Source: an uncultured bacterium (GTDB lineage: Bacteria; Patescibacteriota; Minisyncoccia; Phycocordibacterales; UBA2100). From it: a stretch of 64,000 nucleotides of DNA. The position numbers and the translations under genes are program-made. Of this stretch, positions 61,571 to 64,000 are shown piece after piece (positions within the stretch are counted from its first letter, which is position 1; every line of letters begins with the position of its first letter). The notes beneath the pieces are model-generated. The model was not told the origin of the DNA, did no database searches, and worked only from the letters and a program-made list of their open reading frames with translations. The stretch is from positions 1,059 through 65,058 of the forward strand of contig CAIOKC010000029.1 in assembly GCA_903858755.1 (NCBI GenBank), read 5' to 3'.

Positions 61571-62109
61571 CTTTGCTTCTCACGATTTTCGCGGCGCTGC
61601 CAGCGACGGTTGCCGAGGCTCATGCGCTCGACCCCTCGTTCGAGGTGCAGGTCGGCGAGTACCTCGTTGATATCGGATATGAACCGGATCCTCTGACTTC
61701 GGAGACGTACGCGCGCTTTAGCTTTGAGCTTTGGCTCAACGAACGAGGCAACCCGGTAGAGTACTCGCACGTGTGGGTGCGCATCATGCGGGATTCGACG
61801 ACGCTTTTCGCAAGCGGTATTCACCGGCAGGCGGTCGGTCCCACGACGCTTCTGTACACATTCCCGGATGCTGGAGCATATGTGCTGGATATAAGCTATC
61901 GGACCGAAGATAGCGAAGTGGCGGCGACCGAGATCCCGATCACAGTGACGCGGGGCGCAGACGGGAATCGCTCTGTGTTTGCCGTCTCGATCGTCGCTTT
62001 CTGCGCACTTCTTGCTGCAGCAGCCTTGTCCGCATGGCGCGGGGCGTGGCGGACTCCGTTCAGGTTTTGGCAGAGGCGCGATTTGGATCAGGGGGATATT
62101 TCCCGCTGA
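61549..62109 (+). CDS. Small secreted protein (beta-sandwich-like) with C-terminal TM anchor. The predicted mature N-terminus begins with His
   Basis: Start at ATG 61549 (MSKHRAVALLLTIFAALPATVAEA | HALDPSFEVQV...), overlapping paralog 3 by 22 nt. The C-terminal TM is VFAVSIVAFCALLAAAAL. Confidence 0.4.
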   Translation: MSKHRAVALLLTIFAALPATVAEAHALDPSFEVQVGEYLVDIGYEPDPLTSETYARFSFELWLNERGNPVEYSHVWVRIMRDSTTLFASGIHRQAVGPTTLLYTFPDAGAYVLDISYRTEDSEVAATEIPITVTRGADGNRSVFAVSIVAFCALLAAAALSAWRGAWRTPFRFWQRRDLDQGDISR

Positions 62110-63701
62110 CGGATCCCCTCGAATTCAAGAAATGCGCGCGTGTCGGCGCGGATCCTTCCCGGATCCTCTGTCGCGATGAGCCGCCAGTATGTCGTGATGC
62201 CTTCGGGCAGCGATGCCTCCCGCGACGCATCGCGCACGAGCACGGGGGGCGCTTCACGCACGTCGCTTTGCGTAAGGAAGAGCGATGGAAACGCCGTGCG
62301 CGTGAGGAAGAGGGTCCTCGCGTCGAGGTCGTACGGGACGCCTTGCGACGCAAGCCGGATGTCTTGGAGATTTACCTCCGCGATCCAGGACACGAGCATG
62401 TCTGTTTTTGCCGCGCGTTCTTTCCATAGATTCAAGAGTTCTTCGAAGTCGGCGAGGATCGATCCGTCATTCTCGCCTCTCACCTCTTGAGCCGCGTCGC
62501 GCAGATACGACCGCGCGAGGGTTTCTTGCGATCCGGGACCCGCGAGCAGCCTTCCACGGGAGGGAGTCGCGTACCCTGCGTGTTCGCTTGCAAAATCCGC
62601 CGCGGCTTGCACCGCTGCGGCGACGCCGAGGTCCGCCCCGATCTCCGGACATAGGTAGAATTCGAGCGGGTTGACGATGCTGTACTTCATGCCCAATGTC
62701 TCGCGCAAGTACTTCATGGTCTCGCCCTCGGAGTCGGCAGTCGGCGCATAAAAAATGTTGCCGCGAAAAACAAACGGGGCGCGACTTGCGACACTTCCCG
62801 AAAGAAACGCAAAGACGTACGGAGCGCGCTCGGTACGCACGCAAGCGCTCTCGTCGAGGAGCACGAATGCGGGGACGGTGCCGGTCGTCCAGGAGGCGAA
62901 TGGCACATGCGCGAAAGATCGGGCTGGTTCGCGGGAGGACTCATTTGGAACCGAAAGGGCGACGTCGTTCTCGCGGCACCGCTCGATCGCGCCCCGGAGG
63001 CACTGGGCGCGATCGCCAATCTCCCTCTCGATCGTCTCAAATCGGAGCACGAGCGCATCGAGAGAGGCGAGCAGGCTGTCCTTTGAGATCGCGCCGCCGA
63101 TCCCGAGGAAGACGAATGACTTCTCGCCCGCGCGCTCTGTGACTGCTGAGCGGAGCGCCCGCGCGCTTTCGAGCCCTTCCGCTGCCGTCTCGCGCAAAAG
63201 ACTTCGGTATGCGCGGGCGTCCTGCTCCGAGCCGGACGCCACGAATGCGCGGCGAGCGTCTTCAAGGTCGGCTACTTTTTCCAGGAACGCGATCGGGTAG
63301 AGCGCCTCGCGTACCGCGGCGGCGTCCTCTTTATTTGTTTGCGCGCGGGCGTATTCGTCCCGCGCGTGCGCCAGGTCGCCGGTAGATTTGCGGAGACGCG
63401 AAGTGTCCGTACCCGATATGCCGAATATGGGAGAGCGCTTTGCGAGCAGCTGCTCGTACGCGAGAGAGAGCGCGCGGAATCGCAGGTACCCTTCCACGCG
63501 CTTTCCGCCGAGAAACGCATCTCCTCCGCGCACCTCGTACTCGCTCGCCTGTATCGCCACCTTTGCCCGCGCGGTCTCTTTTGAGAGCGCGGAGGAGAAG
63601 AACGGCACAGCCTTTCGCGCCTGTGCACCCGACGCGGAGACGATGGTCAGGATCAGACACAAGAGGAGCGCGGCAGATAGGTATGCAAAACGGCGAGTCA
63701 T
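62088..63701 (-). CDS. Secreted hypothetical protein (537 aa)
   Basis: Signal peptide MTRRFAYLSAALLLCLILTIVSASGAQA. No recognisable catalytic motifs. The antisense and alternate-frame ORFs across it are artefacts. Confidence 0.5.
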   Translation of the reverse strand: MTRRFAYLSAALLLCLILTIVSASGAQARKAVPFFSSALSKETARAKVAIQASEYEVRGGDAFLGGKRVEGYLRFRALSLAYEQLLAKRSPIFGISGTDTSRLRKSTGDLAHARDEYARAQTNKEDAAAVREALYPIAFLEKVADLEDARRAFVASGSEQDARAYRSLLRETAAEGLESARALRSAVTERAGEKSFVFLGIGGAISKDSLLASLDALVLRFETIEREIGDRAQCLRGAIERCRENDVALSVPNESSREPARSFAHVPFASWTTGTVPAFVLLDESACVRTERAPYVFAFLSGSVASRAPFVFRGNIFYAPTADSEGETMKYLRETLGMKYSIVNPLEFYLCPEIGADLGVAAAVQAAADFASEHAGYATPSRGRLLAGPGSQETLARSYLRDAAQEVRGENDGSILADFEELLNLWKERAAKTDMLVSWIAEVNLQDIRLASQGVPYDLDARTLFLTRTAFPSLFLTQSDVREAPPVLVRDASREASLPEGITTYWRLIATEDPGRIRADTRAFLEFEGIRQREISP

Positions 63702-63994
63702 GGCGTCTTAGCGGAGCCGAAGTCGTGCACGCTGAAGTAGCGGCGGATATCCTGCGCGAGTTGCGAACGCAGTGTTTCGTCCGCGGAAAGTTCTGAGTAA
63801 AAAACATACGGCTGCTTTCTAATCGGGACGTACGTGCGGGGGAATAGCGGGTCCTCGATACGCGCGACGGAGGGGTTGTTCGTCAGAAAAAGAATGGTGA
63901 ACGCGCTGCGGGCGAAAAAGAGATTTGCCGCAGAGAGGTCGACCGGCACGTCGCCCGAAGAGATCGCGTGCAAATTCGCGTTCTCGGTGCGCAC
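63698..63994 (-). CDS. Hypothetical protein, partial or short ORF at the window edge
   Basis: The minus-strand ORF ends (stop) at 63698 with a 4-nt overlap onto the downstream gene. It may extend beyond the window (Met at 63994). Confidence 0.3.
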   Translation of the reverse strand: MRTENANLHAISSGDVPVDLSAANLFFARSAFTILFLTNNPSVARIEDPLFPRTYVPIRKQPYVFYSELSADETLRSQLAQDIRRYFSVHDFGSAKTP

Positions 63995-64000
63995 GATGTT

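Noticed and set aside
1-64000. Alternative genetic code (e.g. UGA recoded as in some CPR lineages)
   Set aside because: murC, the GT2 at 23404 and several others terminate cleanly at TGA with downstream genes starting at overlapping ATGA. TAG and TAA also end recognised proteins. The standard bacterial code fits.

Overview
High-GC (~60%) bacterial fragment. Its gene content (isolated murA/murD/murC, rsmI, secA, gatB and speH, 2 tRNAs, many GT4 glycosyltransferases, a lamin-tail-domain protein, DUF4430 proteins, giant surface proteins led by HTH motifs) resembles a reduced-genome Patescibacteria/CPR-like organism, but taxonomy cannot be proven from the sequence alone. Standard genetic code: TGA, TAG and TAA all terminate recognised genes. 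Layout: (i) 1-16.6 kb holds housekeeping genes plus a cobalamin-riboswitch-controlled pair of secreted DUF4430 proteins, one with a transcobalamin-like two-module architecture. (ii) 16.6-40.6 kb is a ~24 kb cell-surface glycan island: a UXS-like dehydratase and a UGDH-like domain fused to GT4 modules, an ArnT/ArnC/NaxD-like undecaprenyl-phosphate (Und-P) aminosugar cassette, FnlABC-like UDP-L-FucNAc genes, a Wzx flippase, and an O-antigen-ligase/TPR protein. (iii) 40.6-46 kb carries secA and gatB separated by a REP/RAYT unit. (iv) 46-61.6 kb is an accessory surface-protein island with two further RAYT paralogs, each with its own palindromic REP, some copies embedded in-frame in coding sequence. 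It also holds excisionase-type HTH repeats on membrane-anchored proteins including a 1.6k-aa fibrous protein, a LamG-like giant, a ~170-aa C-terminal module shared by three adjacent genes, and three tandem Cys/His-rich paralogs. Most long antisense or alternate-frame ORFs in the supplied track are GC-driven artefacts.
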